Assembly (NCBI GenBank): GCA_951406725.2
Contig: OX597836.1
Span: 35,340,001-35,404,000, forward strand
Origin: Octopus vulgaris
Taxonomy: Eukaryota
Direction: 5' to 3'
DNA: 64,000 bases
The position numbers and the translations under genes are program-made. The notes under the pieces are model-generated. The model saw only the letters and a list, made by a program, of their open reading frames with translations. It searched no databases and was not told where the DNA came from. This document shows, in pieces, positions 38,657 through 52,258 of the stretch (within the stretch, counting starts at the first letter, position 1; each line of letters begins with the position of its first letter).

Positions 38657-39170
38657 GCGGTGAGCTAGCAGAATCGTTACGACGCCGGACAAAATTTCTT
38701 CCATCTCTATACGTTCTTAGTTCAAATGCCACCGAGGTCGATTTTGCTTTCCATCCTTTCTGGGGTCGATAAAATAAGTACCAGTTGAGCACTAATGTCG
38801 ACATAATCGATTTACCCCACTCTCCGGAAATTTTAGGGCTTGTGCTTGTAGTAGAAAGGAATATTATACAAATAACTGGGCGCCGGATAAAATGCTTAGC
38901 GGCATTTCTTCCGTCTCTATACGTTCTGGGTTGAAATGCCGCCGAGGTTGATTTTGCTTTTCATCCTTTCTGGGGTCGATAAAATAAGTACCAGTTGAGC
39001 ACTAGTGTCGACATAATCGATTTACCACTCTCTCCGGAATTTTTAGGGCTTTTGCTTGTAGTAGAAAGGAATATTATACAAATTACAGGGCGCCGGATAA
39101 AATGCTTAGCGGCATTTCTTCCGTCTCTATACGTTCTGAGATCAAATGCCGCCGAGGTCGATTTTGATAT
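38657..39170 (+). mobile_element. SINE family B tandem (tail type 2), about 210-bp period, 2.5 units
   Basis: Repeated ttcatcctttctggggtcgataaaataagtaccagttgagcact..tgcttgtagtagaaaggaatattatacaaat. Confidence 0.88.
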
Positions 39171-39498
39171 TTCAATGATATTACACACACACGCATACAC
39201 ACACACATTAACTCAGTCAACCTTCGTTCTGGTCAAAAGAGAAAATCATCCCTCTGTTGATCATCCATTAATGTTATATCACCCGAAGAAATGAATCCAT
39301 AGTGATCAGCCCGATGCCCGCTGACACTACGGACTACACTGTAAACATCCCACGAATACGGGCTGTGATCTTAAGAAAGATGTGATAGGTGGAAATGCGC
39401 GTAGCGATGCATTAAATATTTATATATTCCATCCAAGGATTATTATTATTATTATTATATTTATCCTACATTATATCGGTACACCTCGCTGCAACACC

Positions 39499-39575
<77 letters not shown>

Positions 39576-39849
39576 CGTGTGTGTGCACGCGCGCGTGTAT
39601 GTATATACATTTATATAAATAAGGATATGATCGATATTTAAATACCGATCTTATCAGGTGGCCAGCATGGGAATAAAAACCTTCAAAGGTAATAATTATT
39701 ATTAAAATTATAATTTAGGGTTTCTAAGAGATATCCTCCACACTGGACATAGTAGCCAAAACGTAACTCTAAAGCCACATTAAATGTTCATACAGCACCA
39801 GGAGAGTAGAAAAAGAGACAAAATAAACTAGCAAAAAGATTACTGGATA

Positions 39850-39908
39850 ATTCCAGATCCCGGATTTCTGACTCTGCATAAGAAATGGTCCGCCTTCATC
39901 AGTGGAAT
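39850..39908 (-). ncRNA. Minimal type I hammerhead-ribozyme-like motif
   Basis: attcca-CTGATGA-aggc..gtca-GAAA-tccggga-TC-tggaat: 6-bp stem I, intact core boxes, quasi-palindromic stem III, weak stem II. Confidence 0.6.
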
Positions 39909-39968
39909 ATACACAGATAGCACATAAATACGAATATATATATACATACATACATACATACATATATA

Positions 39969-40120
39969 GGCGCAGGAGTGGCTGTGTGGTAAGTAACTTG
40001 TTTACCAGCCACATGGTTCTGGGTTCAGTCCCACTGCGTGGCACTTTGGGCAAGTGTCTTCTACTTGTGAGTGGATTTGGTAGACGGAAACTGAAAGAAG
40101 CCTGTCGTATATATGTATAT

Positions 40121-40186
<66 letters not shown>

Positions 40187-40402
40187 ATGTGTCTGTGTTT
40201 GTCCCCCTAGAATTGCTTGACAACCGATGCTGGTGTGTTTATGCCCCCGTCACTTAGCGGTTCGGCAAAAGAGACCGATAGAATAAGTACTGGGCTTACA
40301 AAGAATAAGTCCCGGGGTCGAGTTGCTCGATTAAAAGGCGGTGCTCCAGCATGGCCGCAGTCAAATGACTGAAACAAGTAAAAGAGTAAAAGAGAGTAAA
40401 GA

Positions 40403-40405
<3 letters not shown>
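39969..40405 (+). mobile_element. SINE family A with small internal deletion
   Basis: High identity to other copies. Confidence 0.92.
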
Positions 40406-40437
<32 letters not shown>

Positions 40438-41707
40438 ACATACGATATACTTACATATTTTGCCGAAGGCGTTGGTTTGTGTACGTTACCTTTACCTAGC
40501 TCTTGGGCAAAATAACCGCTAGAATAAGTATCAGAATAAAAAAAGTTCTGGGGGTCGATCCGTTCGACAAGAATTCTTCAAAGTGGTACTTCAACATGGC
40601 AGCCCAGTGACTGAAGAAAAACATAAAAGAAATGTATACATGCGTGTGTATGTGTGTATGTGTGCACGTGTGCGTGTGTTCACGTATGCTTAATGGACTG
40701 GTCGTTTCAGTCTTTGGAGACCGATAATTTTTATATTGTTACGTTTGCCGGCTTAAACTGCTTTAATGTAGCTTAATTGTATTGATCAACGTTTATTTTA
40801 TTGACTGGAAACAAAATAATTACCAAAGAGCAAAAGAAAAGGAAAGGAAAAGCAAAACAAGACATTACATTACATTTTACACACTATATAGAATCAGCAG
40901 ACAATTACATCTAAAGTTGTTTGTTCGAAAAATGAATTTAAAGAATCCTCATGTACACTTATATTGTCAAATATGGTATTTTAATTAACATATTGGAAAT
41001 AAAGAATCATCGAAAATCAAGTTTAATTATCAGGAAATAATTTGCAAATATTGATAGTTCAGCCAGAAAAATATTATATTAATTTTTTATTAAGAATTAA
41101 CAAATATAAGTAAATGAAAAACAAAATACAGAAGAAACCGTTTTCAATATTGTTCTGTTTAAAGATGTTTATAGCGAGATAAACAAATTAATTTATCTTT
41201 GTAACTGGAATAAACCAGTGTCTGGTTTTCGTTTTCAAATTATCAATAATGCAGTGATAAATAAGCGAAAGAAACAAAAATGAAATCTTTTACTTAACGC
41301 TTGTCCATTAAAATTTTTTATATTATATCTTTACAGTTCTTCCGAGCAATTCTTTCGAATATAACCAACGTAATAGAAACTGATTATGTTTTACTGTGTT
41401 GCCTACTTAATGACTTTACACAAATATAATTAAAAAATAATTTGAAGTATGTAAAGGAGGATTATAAAAAATAAAAACAAAAGACAAATACTCGTCGTAG
41501 TATTATAATCTTCAAACTTTTATTGTTTACTGTTTACTTGTTGCAATCATTGGATTGCGGCTATACAGGAGCATGGCATTTAAGAGTTTAGTGGCACAAA
41601 TAAGTCTATTGAAGATTAATCTAGCATCATCTAATTTACGGAGACGCAATCAAATGAACACCTGTGGCTATGGCGAAAACACTGATACAAAAACACACGC
41701 ACGGCAC

Positions 41708-42139
<432 letters not shown>

Positions 42140-42169
42140 ATATTTATCTAGCTATCTATCAATCTATCA

Positions 42170-42275
<106 letters not shown>

Positions 42276-42512
42276 CCTCCACATTCCTTTCGATTCACTT
42301 ATTGTTTTCACTCTAACTTTTAATATTTCCCCCTATTTCGTTTACATTATAAACACATACGCATGAACCCGTGTTCTAACACAGTCTGTCTTGATGTTTC
42401 TTTTAAGCTCTTTATTCAGTCTACTCGATTTTATTAATTTCTCCTTCGTTCCATGAATTGCTGCGAGCGAAACAGGCTCACCAAGAACCATTTCATAAAT
42501 AAATAATATTAA

Positions 42513-42822
42513 AGCGGTGCGCTGGCAGAAACGTTAGCACATTGGGCGAAATGCTTAGCGGCATTTCGTCTACTGCTACGTTCTGAGTTCAAATTCCGCC
42601 GAGGTCGACTTTGCCTTTCATCTTTTCGGGGTCGATAAATTAAGCACCAGTTATGCACTGGGGTCGATATAATCGACTTAATCCATCTGTCTGTCCTTGT
42701 TTGTCCTCTCTGTGTTTAGCCCCTTGTGGGTAGTAAAGAAATAGGTATTTCGTCTGTCTTTATGTTCTGAGTTCAAATTCCACCGAGGTCTACTTTGCCT
42801 TTCATCTTTTCAGGGTCGCTAA

Positions 42823-42825
<3 letters not shown>
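42513..42825 (+). mobile_element. SINE family B, 1.3 units
   Basis: Full monomer followed by an aaagaaataggtatttcg junction and a partial second unit. Confidence 0.9.
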
Positions 42826-42892
<67 letters not shown>

Positions 42893-43874
42893 GTGCGTGC
42901 GTCTTTGTAAATATGGGATATTATTTTCTAATATATCTTTTCCTAATTAAAGACATTACATAATGACTAGGAGGAAATTCGACTGCTATGTGTAACTGGT
43001 TGCACGCTTGTGCAGAAGCCTAACCTCATTGGTTCGAAGCAAACCTTGGTGTTTGTTGGCCCACAATTTCCAAATCAGTCGCAAGGCATTATTATGGCGA
43101 AAAACATTGAAGTCGTCGCATTCTCCTCGCTCGCATATACAACATATCGGTTTAAAAGTTTGGTACAAGGCCAGCAATGTCGAGGGAGGGGGTAAACCGA
43201 TTACCTCGACTCTAGGATTCAACTGGTACTTATGATAAAGTTTCGCAACGAAAGGATGAAAGGCCAATTGACAAGGCGGACGAAATGCTGCTAAGCATTT
43301 TGTCCTTGCGTACTAACGATTCTGCCAACGCGCCGGCTTAAATATAAAGTACAACATATCAACACAGATTTTTACATACGGGAGTGATTCATGTGAATAT
43401 TCGCTGTTGTGTTTAGCAGGTCGAACGACGACTAAATTGTTATGACATATCTGGTGGTGAAAGTGTTTGATGTGGAGAAGTTTGCCATAATTATCAAACG
43501 TCTGCTGCTTGATTTATGCAAATATATGCAAATGCGTATAAATATATGCATTTCAGTCAAATCTAAATCAAGTAAAAACATATAAAAACCTATAAAAAAA
43601 CAAACAAACCAAACCTAGTCAGTTTTAATTAATTTTTAATTTGAAACGAATCGCTTATCTTCTATGTTTTATCTTTAATTTGTTTCGGTTAATGGACTGA
43701 AACTCTGCGGGGACACCACCTTGAAGGGTTAAATCAAACAAATTCCACCCATCCCCAGTATTTTAAGTGTGGTAATCATTTCAACGGTCTTTTTTGTCGA
43801 ACAGCTAATTTCGGGGATGTAAACAAACCAACACTAATTTTTAAGCGTTGATGTGGGACAAATACAAGGACATA

Positions 43875-43946
<72 letters not shown>

Positions 43947-44006
43947 TCTTCGAAGCTCATATATTTATATATAATAAATTTTCGAGGGTTAGAATCACCC
44001 GGGACC

Positions 44007-44062
<56 letters not shown>

Positions 44063-44065
44063 ATA

Positions 44066-44810
44066 TACGATTATTAAGTATCCGGACTGTTGCTATAGTA
44101 ACGAAACTAAAGCATGCAGAGTAAGGCCGCTGGAAAAAACTGACCTTGAATTCTGCTGTGCATGCGCACTAAGCTTTGACGTTCAAGCTTACTTCCGCTG
44201 TTTACAGAAGTGCTTGGAAGAAAGGTGTGTAGTGTGTGTGTGATCGTCCCATTGACCATGACGGAGGCCTAAGTAATGTTGCAGAAAGTGTATGGGGAGG
44301 AGTGTATGAGCCGCACACAAGTGTACGAATGGTTGAGACGTTTTCAAGATGGCCGAAAACATGTCGGTATCGACGAACGTTCTGGGAGACTCGCAACCAT
44401 CAGAACTAAGAAAAACATCGCAGATGTGATATCTGAGGATGAACAAATTAGTTACGGTTCAGTTCAGTCCATTATCACTGAAGATTTGGGTATGTCACTG
44501 ATTGTGTCGAGAACGAGGAAATATCTTTGAAAACTTTGTGTAGGCCTCGGAGCAGGTATCGCCAAGCTTTTGACAAAATTTGATGCAGGTTCTCTACTCA
44601 ACTTTCTCTGTCATGGTCAATGCAACGATCACACGTTACCCACCGTCCTTCTAAGCACTGTTGTAAACAGCGGAAGTAAGCTAGAATGTTGCAACTTAAA
44701 GCGCATGCACAGAAGAGTTCAAAGTCAATCTATGCCGAGCGGCTTTACTCTGTAAGCTTTAGCTTCGTTGCTATAGTAACAGTCCTTATACTTATTGATC
44801 AGACCACGTA
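44066..44810. mobile_element. Mariner-derived fold-back element with about 200-bp inverted arms
   Basis: 44066-44265 is the imperfect reverse complement of 44604-44810; the interior codes LQKVYGEECMSRTQVYEWLRRFQDGR..DERSGR (+) and MTEKVE*RTCIKFCQKLG (-). Confidence 0.88.
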
Positions 44811-44822
44811 AATACATACATG

Positions 44823-44854
<32 letters not shown>

Positions 44855-44893
44855 CATATATAAATATATATATATATAAATATATATATACAT

Positions 44894-44975
<82 letters not shown>

Positions 44976-45052
44976 TATACATTAAGTACACGATATCACC
45001 AACGAGTGAAAAATACGTAATCACATGCTAGAAAAGTACGGGACAAAATACC

Positions 45053-45283
45053 TATTTCTTTATTACCCACAAGGGGATAAACACAGAGGGGACAAACAAG
45101 GACAGACATAGGTATTAAGTCGATTACATCGACCCCAGTGCGTAACTGGTACTTAATTTATCGACCCCGAAAGGTTGAAAGGCAAAGTCGACCTCGGCGG
45201 AATTTGAACTCACAACGTAACGCAGACGAAATACCGCAAAGCATTTCATAGGGCGTGCTAACGTTTCTGCCAGCTCGCCGCCT
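45053..45283 (-). mobile_element. SINE family B, full length, TSD aaatacc
   Basis: TSD at 45046-45052 and 45285-45291; the empty site is visible in the paralogous repeat near 9882-9900. Confidence 0.93.
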
Positions 45284-45529
45284 GAAATACCAAAAGAAGG
45301 TAACTCGCTCATCAGTTGTCGACTTTTGTATTACTACATATTTGCTGCTTTTTACGACAAGACAGGAAAACGTCATAAGACAGCAGCATCCAGAAATTTT
45401 TAAAATATAAATAAAGTTAGGGCTTCGAACGAACAGACAACAACAGAATGGGCATACAGAGTTAACAATCAATGAAGATAAACATTGAGGGCCGTTAGGT
45501 CAAGTTGAATTGTAATGGGTGATGCGTGG

Positions 45530-46249
45530 GAGACAACTAAATGCAATGTTAAAGTCGAAGAAACTGGAAAGAGCGATGACAAAAGTTGGAGAAGAAGCTT
45601 GGTGTACATTTCGTGAAGTAGTTCGTGGACTCCTAGGAAATTACAAACAGCTAGTAACAAAGCTCATTGAAAACTTCAAGAAAATGGGTTGTCGTATGTC
45701 CTTAAAGGTTCATTTTTTGCACTCCCACCTACATTTTTTTCCCGAACACTTGGGTGATGTCAGTGAGAAGCATGGTGAGAGATTTCATCAGGACATCACA
45801 ACTATGGAAAGAAAATACCAAGGACGATATGATACTGCTATGGTGGGAGATTATATATGGTCTCTAGTCAGAAGAGATGGAGGTGTACACTCCAGAAAAT
45901 CTCGATCGTCAAAGCACTTCTAATCTTAAGAAAAGAGTTATCAAGGCATTTACAGTGCAGAGTTTTATTGTTCCTTTTTGTTCTAACTAATATTATACTT
46001 CCTAAATACCTTTCAATATATGAAAAAGTACTAAATGTTGTGTAATTATCCTTACAATACTAGAATAGATTGAACTAACAAAGTACTATAGAGAAAAGTT
46101 ACAAATATAACGAGCAAATATGAAATTAGGAATAAATAAATAACTATCGATTTTACGCCAAAACGAATGTGATTTTTGAATTTAGTGGTAAAAAATGAAT
46201 ATATGAACATAAAAAAAATACAAATAAACAAAACATATGTTACATTGTG
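45530..46249 (+). pseudogene. 3' fragment of a second Chapaev3-like transposon with probable right terminus
   Basis: ORF 45519-45923 AWCTFREVV.GLLGN..MGCRMSLKVHFLHSHLHFFPEHLGDVSEKHGERFHQDITTMERKYQG; ends ..tgttacattGTG|taa. Confidence 0.85.
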
Positions 46250-47906
46250 TAATCAGTGCAGATTGGTTAGCAAGAACTTGTGGATTCGTCGTTCTTGGAC
46301 TCGACAAACTATGAAAAGTATTAAAATTATAACGTTAAATTGACATTTTACACGTATGATAGAAAGTTACTGAGAATAATGAGAGCACCGAACGCACCAC
46401 AATTAAAGAATGTCGACAGAAAGATGGCGATTTAAAATAGTGAATTACTACTTCGTGAGATACGTATCTGATTCTTCATTGACTTCAAATGACACTAAAT
46501 ATATGTAATTAACTATGATTATTTGTTAGGTGCAGCGCTAATTATGCATGTGGGAAATGAAAGACACCGTTATTAAAAAGTACATTTGTCTAATGAGTGA
46601 TGTCTAGCAACTAAATACATGATATCGGTGTGTTCACTATTTATTCAAAATAATGTGTCGAGTGTTCTTGTTCTAATATGACGCATTTACTTAGAGGTAT
46701 TATTTGGATGGAACAAATGTATCAAGTATAATCATTGGCAATATTTTCTGGACCAAAGAGGTTGAGACTCCAATCTTGTACATGGTCACTAGACGTGCTA
46801 GATATAGCAGTTTAGTCTTGTCGTTCTAAGAAAACTAACAACCCAGCCATGTAATTAGCGGAGCTTGTTTGATCGGTTATAGTGCTTTGTTCATTTTGTC
46901 TGAAACCTAGCACCAGAGGTCGGGACGTCGGTGATTAAAGTTTCAGACTAACCACAACCGCTATCAATGTCATGGCAATAATAGCAACAACGCAAACAAT
47001 GAGGTAGTGAGATATACTAGAAATAGCCGCCAAATCTTCCTCAAAATACTTGTCTGTTTTCATTAAAAATGGAACGTACATATTTATGTAGGATGATGTT
47101 TCCTTTAATAGACTACATGTTAAACGAACGCAAGACGATACGATCTGAACATCTTTGAATTCTACTATTCATACAACAGGCACTTTAAATACAAGATCTG
47201 AAATAATCTCTAATTGTCAACACGAATACAAACTCATTTTCCCAGTGTTTATAGACCTAATACATCAAAATCTACTCAGAAACCGGATGTCCGTATGCAA
47301 CAGTCTCGTGCGCAAGGCATGTCGGTAATCAACAGTACATAGACTCGCGTTGATAAACTCTGACGAAGTCATCTCCACCCGAAAACTATTCAAAGTTAAG
47401 AAAGTGATTCTAGCAGTTCTCTATAACTTTCTGTACTTATTTTCTGAGCACCAATTTTTTTGTCAAACTATCCAGATCTCCTCTTCATCTCTTTTGCTGT
47501 TGTCCAATGTTTCTTTCATTTTCTTGAATCCAATAATGTTTTATTCTCCTTTTGCTATTCAGCTTCAGCCTATAGACGGGCTCTGCCATAATTTCATTCA
47601 AAAACACTACGAATCTGAGGTAATTCGATATGAAAGGTAGTTTTTCTTTGTTTTAACATGTTCCTATTTTCTTGTGATTTATGACTATAAAACCCCCCAG
47701 AATACCCTCCATCAGTCGGTCACCTCATTTGCTTTGGTTAGTAGAATACCATATTTATCGTTAAAACTTAACATTAGAGTAACAATTGTTTGGTTACATC
47801 CTTAACTATTTTGGTACAAATTTCTTCGGTTATTGCTCTGTGTCATTAATTTTTGATGCTCTAATTTCTTTCGTTTTAATTTCTATTCCTTGGCCAATCA
47901 ACGTTC

Positions 47907-47967
47907 AAAAGAAATTATATGAAAATAACAGAGCGAATCGCTCTGTTATTTTCATATAATTTCTTTT
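47907..47967. repeat. Perfect palindrome, 29-bp arms and 3-nt loop
   Basis: aaaagaaattatatgaaaataacagagcg-aat-cgctctgttattttcatataatttctttt. Confidence 0.93.
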
Positions 47968-48478
47968 TACGATCACTTCTTTTATGTCAAGTTAATACTT
48001 TTCTATTTGGCAAGGTTTTTTTCGCTTTCTACCTTTTACCAAGAATTTCATCGTCTTTTGTTGCTACAATTTAAAATGCTCTCGTTAACGTTTGAATTTT
48101 TACATATAAGGATAATAAAGGTGTGAATTTCCTCATATCTCTGCATTATTTTATAAGTTCCAATCTTTAAATTTCCAAGAACACAGATATCATTCTTGAA
48201 TTTTATTGTTTCTTGAGAGATTTGAGCTTTCATTTATTGTCATCATTAAATGTAAGCAATGCCACTCATATCGGGACGTGAAGTAGAAAAGACGTTAAAA
48301 AGGAGTTCAAAATAACCCGTAGAATTTGTTACGGGTCAATGCACTCAGAGTTCAAATCCTGCCGATATCAGCTTAACATTATATCCTTTCGAGATCGATA
48401 AACTACAGTTAAAGGTAGGGTATCGGTAGAATAATTAGTGCGGCAGATGTGTAAGGATTTCATAAATGGTATACTTAT

Positions 48479-48709
48479 GGCGGCGAGCTGGCAGAATCGT
48501 TAGCGCGCCGGACGAAATGCTTAGCAGTATTTCGTCTGCCGTTACGTTCTGAGTTCAAATTCGACCGAGGTCGACTTTGCCTTTCATCCTTTCGGGGTCG
48601 ATTAAATAAGTACCAGTTACGCACTGGGGTCGATGTAATCGACTTAATCCGTTTGACTGTCCTTGTTTGTCCTCTCTGTGTTTAGCCCCTTGTGGGTAGT
48701 AAAGAAATA
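48479..48709 (+). mobile_element. SINE family B, full length, near-TSD ggt(a/t)tactta
   Basis: ggtatactta at 48468-48477 and ggtttactta at 48710-48719. Confidence 0.92.
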
Positions 48710-48719
48710 GGTTTACTTA

Positions 48720-49560
48720 ATCCATCATCTGATTTAGTCCACCTTCCCTATTCGCGTGTCTTCAACAAAGTTCGCTGTGTTGCGAAAATCCAAAGCAGTA
48801 TTTGGTATCAGGATAATCTCCTCCTTTCTTTGTACCATTCTTGTTACATGGAGTTGGTGGCGGTAGGTAGCTGAAAAGCAAAGGGTTATAAGCTCCAATC
48901 TTCGCCTATTTAAAAGAAAAGCAAAAGAATATCTCCCTCTGGAACACTCATATTTTAGTTCCATTTGGTATCTCTGGATAATGAGAATCAAATTGGTCTG
49001 CTTATTATAGATTATTTTGTGTGGTTGTCATGTTATTGTTCTTGATTCTTTGTATCGATGTATTGTTCTGTCCGCAATTAGTTTGCACTATTCTCAAAAT
49101 TCAAATAAACTTATTCCCCTGGTGTTTGTTTCTGTTTGTTTTTTTTTCTAACTCATTCCGATTGTTTTGTTTCGTCACTAAGTGTGGTGAACATCTGGTT
49201 TAATCTTATGCATAATTGCTATTTTAAATTACAAGTACGTCTTTGTATTTTGTTCGCCCATTGTCTACCAGATCTTATACAACGACTCCATTTCCTCACT
49301 ACTGTAATCAACTTTTGGAACATAAATCTGGATAATTAAGATGTTTGGTTTAGCAATTAATCTCATTGTACACATCCTACAAAAATCGTTGTGTGACATA
49401 TTACTGATTTAAAGATATTTTTTATACACGAAGAAAACTTCAATCATTTCAATTTTGCTTTCCGACTCATAAATCACATTTATTCATATTTTCATAAGTT
49501 CTCCGAATTTTGACAATCAGTTTTAGCAAATCCTGCAATATTCCAAGAATTCCGTTCTAT
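48720..49560 (-). pseudogene. Possible very old L1/Tx1-type reverse transcriptase remnant
   Basis: Only short motifs: KFGELMKI*INVIYESESKIEM (about 49440-49510) and EGGLN (about 48730); heavily decayed. Confidence 0.3.
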
Positions 49561-49845
49561 CTCATAAATCAGTTATTTTTGTTTCTGTTATTGCCAAAGC
49601 GTTCATACATTCAAAGTAGTAATTATAAAGGAGATTTTATATAGCTTTAACATCAAATCTGGTGAACTATTTATTGAATCTTTTTGAGAGAGAGACAAGG
49701 AGACAGATCCAGTATGATATTTAAGACTGTTTACATCATCATACGATGTTTCAATAAGCAAGTGACTTAATGGTGCACAGTTAATGTTGGCCTCCCTGTA
49801 AGAGGCACTTTGATCTTGGACAGGTGTTATTTTTAATACAGATAT

Positions 49846-50000
49846 ACTCTTTACTCTTTACTCTTTTACTTGTTTCAGTCATTTGACTGTGGCCATGCTG
49901 GAGCACCACCTTTAGTCGAACAAATCGACCCGAGTACTTATTCTTTGTAAGCCTAGTACTTATTCTATCGGTCTCTTTTGCCGAACCGCTAATTTACGTG
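49846..50000 (-). mobile_element. SINE family A, 3' half
   Basis: actcttttacttgtttcagtcatttgactgtggccatgctggagcacc. Confidence 0.88.
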
Positions 50001-50382
50001 TACACAAGTACACGTAAAAGTATACACACAAATACACACACACATACACACATACACACACACACATAAAGACTCGCCTAAATATCCACATGTCAAAAGA
50101 ATGGTACTTGTATATCTGTCAATGAAGTTGTTATATGAATCAAAGTGCACAGTGTAATAGATCCATTACAGCCGATCTTACGAATTGGGTTCCGACAGAA
50201 TATTAGGTAATCAGAGAATTGTTCCATAACTGTGCTTGTCAAAGTTAGCCGCCATTTGTTTCCATGCAGACGAACTTTATCGATCGCAGTCTGATTAATT
50301 AATACTCTTTTTGAAACTGACTGGTAGAATCGACAGCAATGGATCTATAATACTCTATACTTTGATACATATATATATATAT

Positions 50383-50558
50383 TCTTTTATTCTTTTACTT
50401 GTATCAGCCATGCTGGAACACCTTCTTTGGTCGAAGAAATCGACACCAGAACTTATTCTTTGTAAACCCTTACTTATTCAATCGGTTCTTTTGCCAAACC
50501 GCTAAGTTTCAGAGACGTAAACACACCAGGTTGTTTAACGATGGCCTGGTGACTAACA

Positions 50559-50610
<52 letters not shown>

Positions 50611-50611
50611 T

Positions 50612-50644
<33 letters not shown>

Positions 50645-50977
50645 CACACGCACACATATGACAGGCTTCTTTCAGTTTCCGTCTACGAAATCCACTCACA
50701 AGGCTTTGGTCGGACCGAGGCTACAGCAGAATACACTTGCGCAATGTGCCATGTAGTGGGACTGAACCCAGAACCATGTGGTTGGGGAGGAAGCAAATTT
50801 CCTAGAACACAGTCACGCCTGCGCCTAGATGTGTGGTAAGAAGCTTGCTTCGCAACCACATGGCTCCGGGTTCAGTCACACGGCATGGCACCCTAGGCAA
50901 GTGTCTTCTAGTGTAGCTTCGATCCGATCAAAGCCTTGTGAGTGGATTTCGTACACGGAAACTGAAAGAAGCAAGTC

Positions 50978-50980
<3 letters not shown>
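50383..50980. mobile_element. Head-to-head pair of SINE family A copies (50383-50826 -, 50830-50980 +)
   Basis: Both match the family; the heads are separated by only a few bases. Confidence 0.85.
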
Positions 50981-51030
<50 letters not shown>

Positions 51031-51159
51031 ATTAAACGGGGGCTGACCAGCTTGAGGTGGGCAGTAACTGACCAGCGGGACACAAGGGTCGCTCTCACCT
51101 TTCATAGTATACACAACTTGCTGTAAGACCAAAGCACATTATGCCAACCCCAAAATTTT

Positions 51160-52258
51160 TGAATGTATTTTAAAAATACGGAAAGTACCAACTAGTTTAT
51201 TACTGGGAAATAACAATTTATTTAAAGTGGCCGCCCTCAGCTTCCTTAAGACGGTTCCGGAACATGGTGCATGCGTTTCTCGTTGTATCGATGGGGAAAT
51301 TCTTTGAACACCTCCTTGAGCTTAGCTACTAACACGGCCTTGGTGCTGCAGGTAAAGCAGTTGATGTCTTTCTCAAACGCACATGATACATAGCAATCCA
51401 TGGGATTATAATCGCGCGGATTACGGATTAGAGATTGGAGCTGGTGAAGTTGTAGAACTTCTCCAACAACCACTTTTAACTCTTTCAGGAGGATGGGCAA
51501 GGATCCGAATCCTTCTTCCACAAATGTGACCTTCCAGTAGTGACCCTCTACAACAAGGAATTGTTTGCAGTCCCTAACAGCATTACATAGCCGTCGAAAT
51601 TGACCATAAGGTTCTGTTCAAAGTTGCGGAGAGAAAACCTATTTCTTTACTACCCACAAGGGGCTAAACACAGAGAGGACAAACAAGGACAGGTAAACGG
51701 ATTAAGTCGGTTACATCGATCCCAGTGCGTAACTGGTACTTATTTAATCGACCCCGAAAGGATGAAAGACAAAGTCGACCTCGGCGGAATTTGAACTCAG
51801 AACGTGACGGCAGACGAAATACTGCTACGCATTTCGCCCGGCGTGCTAACGATTCTGCCAGCTCGAAAACCGGAATCAGAATAATTGCTTCATCGCTTCC
51901 TGCTGGCCATGACTTCGCAGTTTCCGTTTCAGCTGTCCATGTCCCGTTTCATCTTTTACTCTGTTTATAGGGCATTGAGCATGTCTTGATGACGGCACTT
52001 TGAAACCTGGCGTGAATCAAGATGATACAGGTAACTCTTTTCCAACATTCAAATGGCTTCCATTCCTCCATGTTATTTAACCAATTTTCAACTACAACTT
52101 TTGTTTTTATGCTCTCCAGAGCCGTTGACTGTTCACCAACGTATCAAACTGTTCCGAAAACAAATAAGGATACATAAAATTCGTCCTAACCCTAACCCTG
52201 TTCCTACAAAAAAAAAAAGATAAATAAAAATCCGTCAAATTTATCCTGAACACACTGT
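51160..52258 (-). mobile_element. Degenerate, internally deleted Tc1/mariner element of DD37D (maT) type
   Basis: ..LWKKDSDPC..KWLLEKF..NPRDYNPMDCYV with 37 codons between the two D residues (allowing one frameshift); possible terminus TA|CAGTGTGTTCAGG near 52257. Confidence 0.72.
51640..51864 (-). mobile_element. SINE family B with TSD gaaaacc, nested in the DD37D element
   Basis: TSD at 51633-51639 and 51865-51871. Confidence 0.92.

Noticed and set aside
52185-52199. Telomere-like CCTAACCCTAACCCT
   Set aside because: Only about 2.5 units, too short to call an interstitial telomere.
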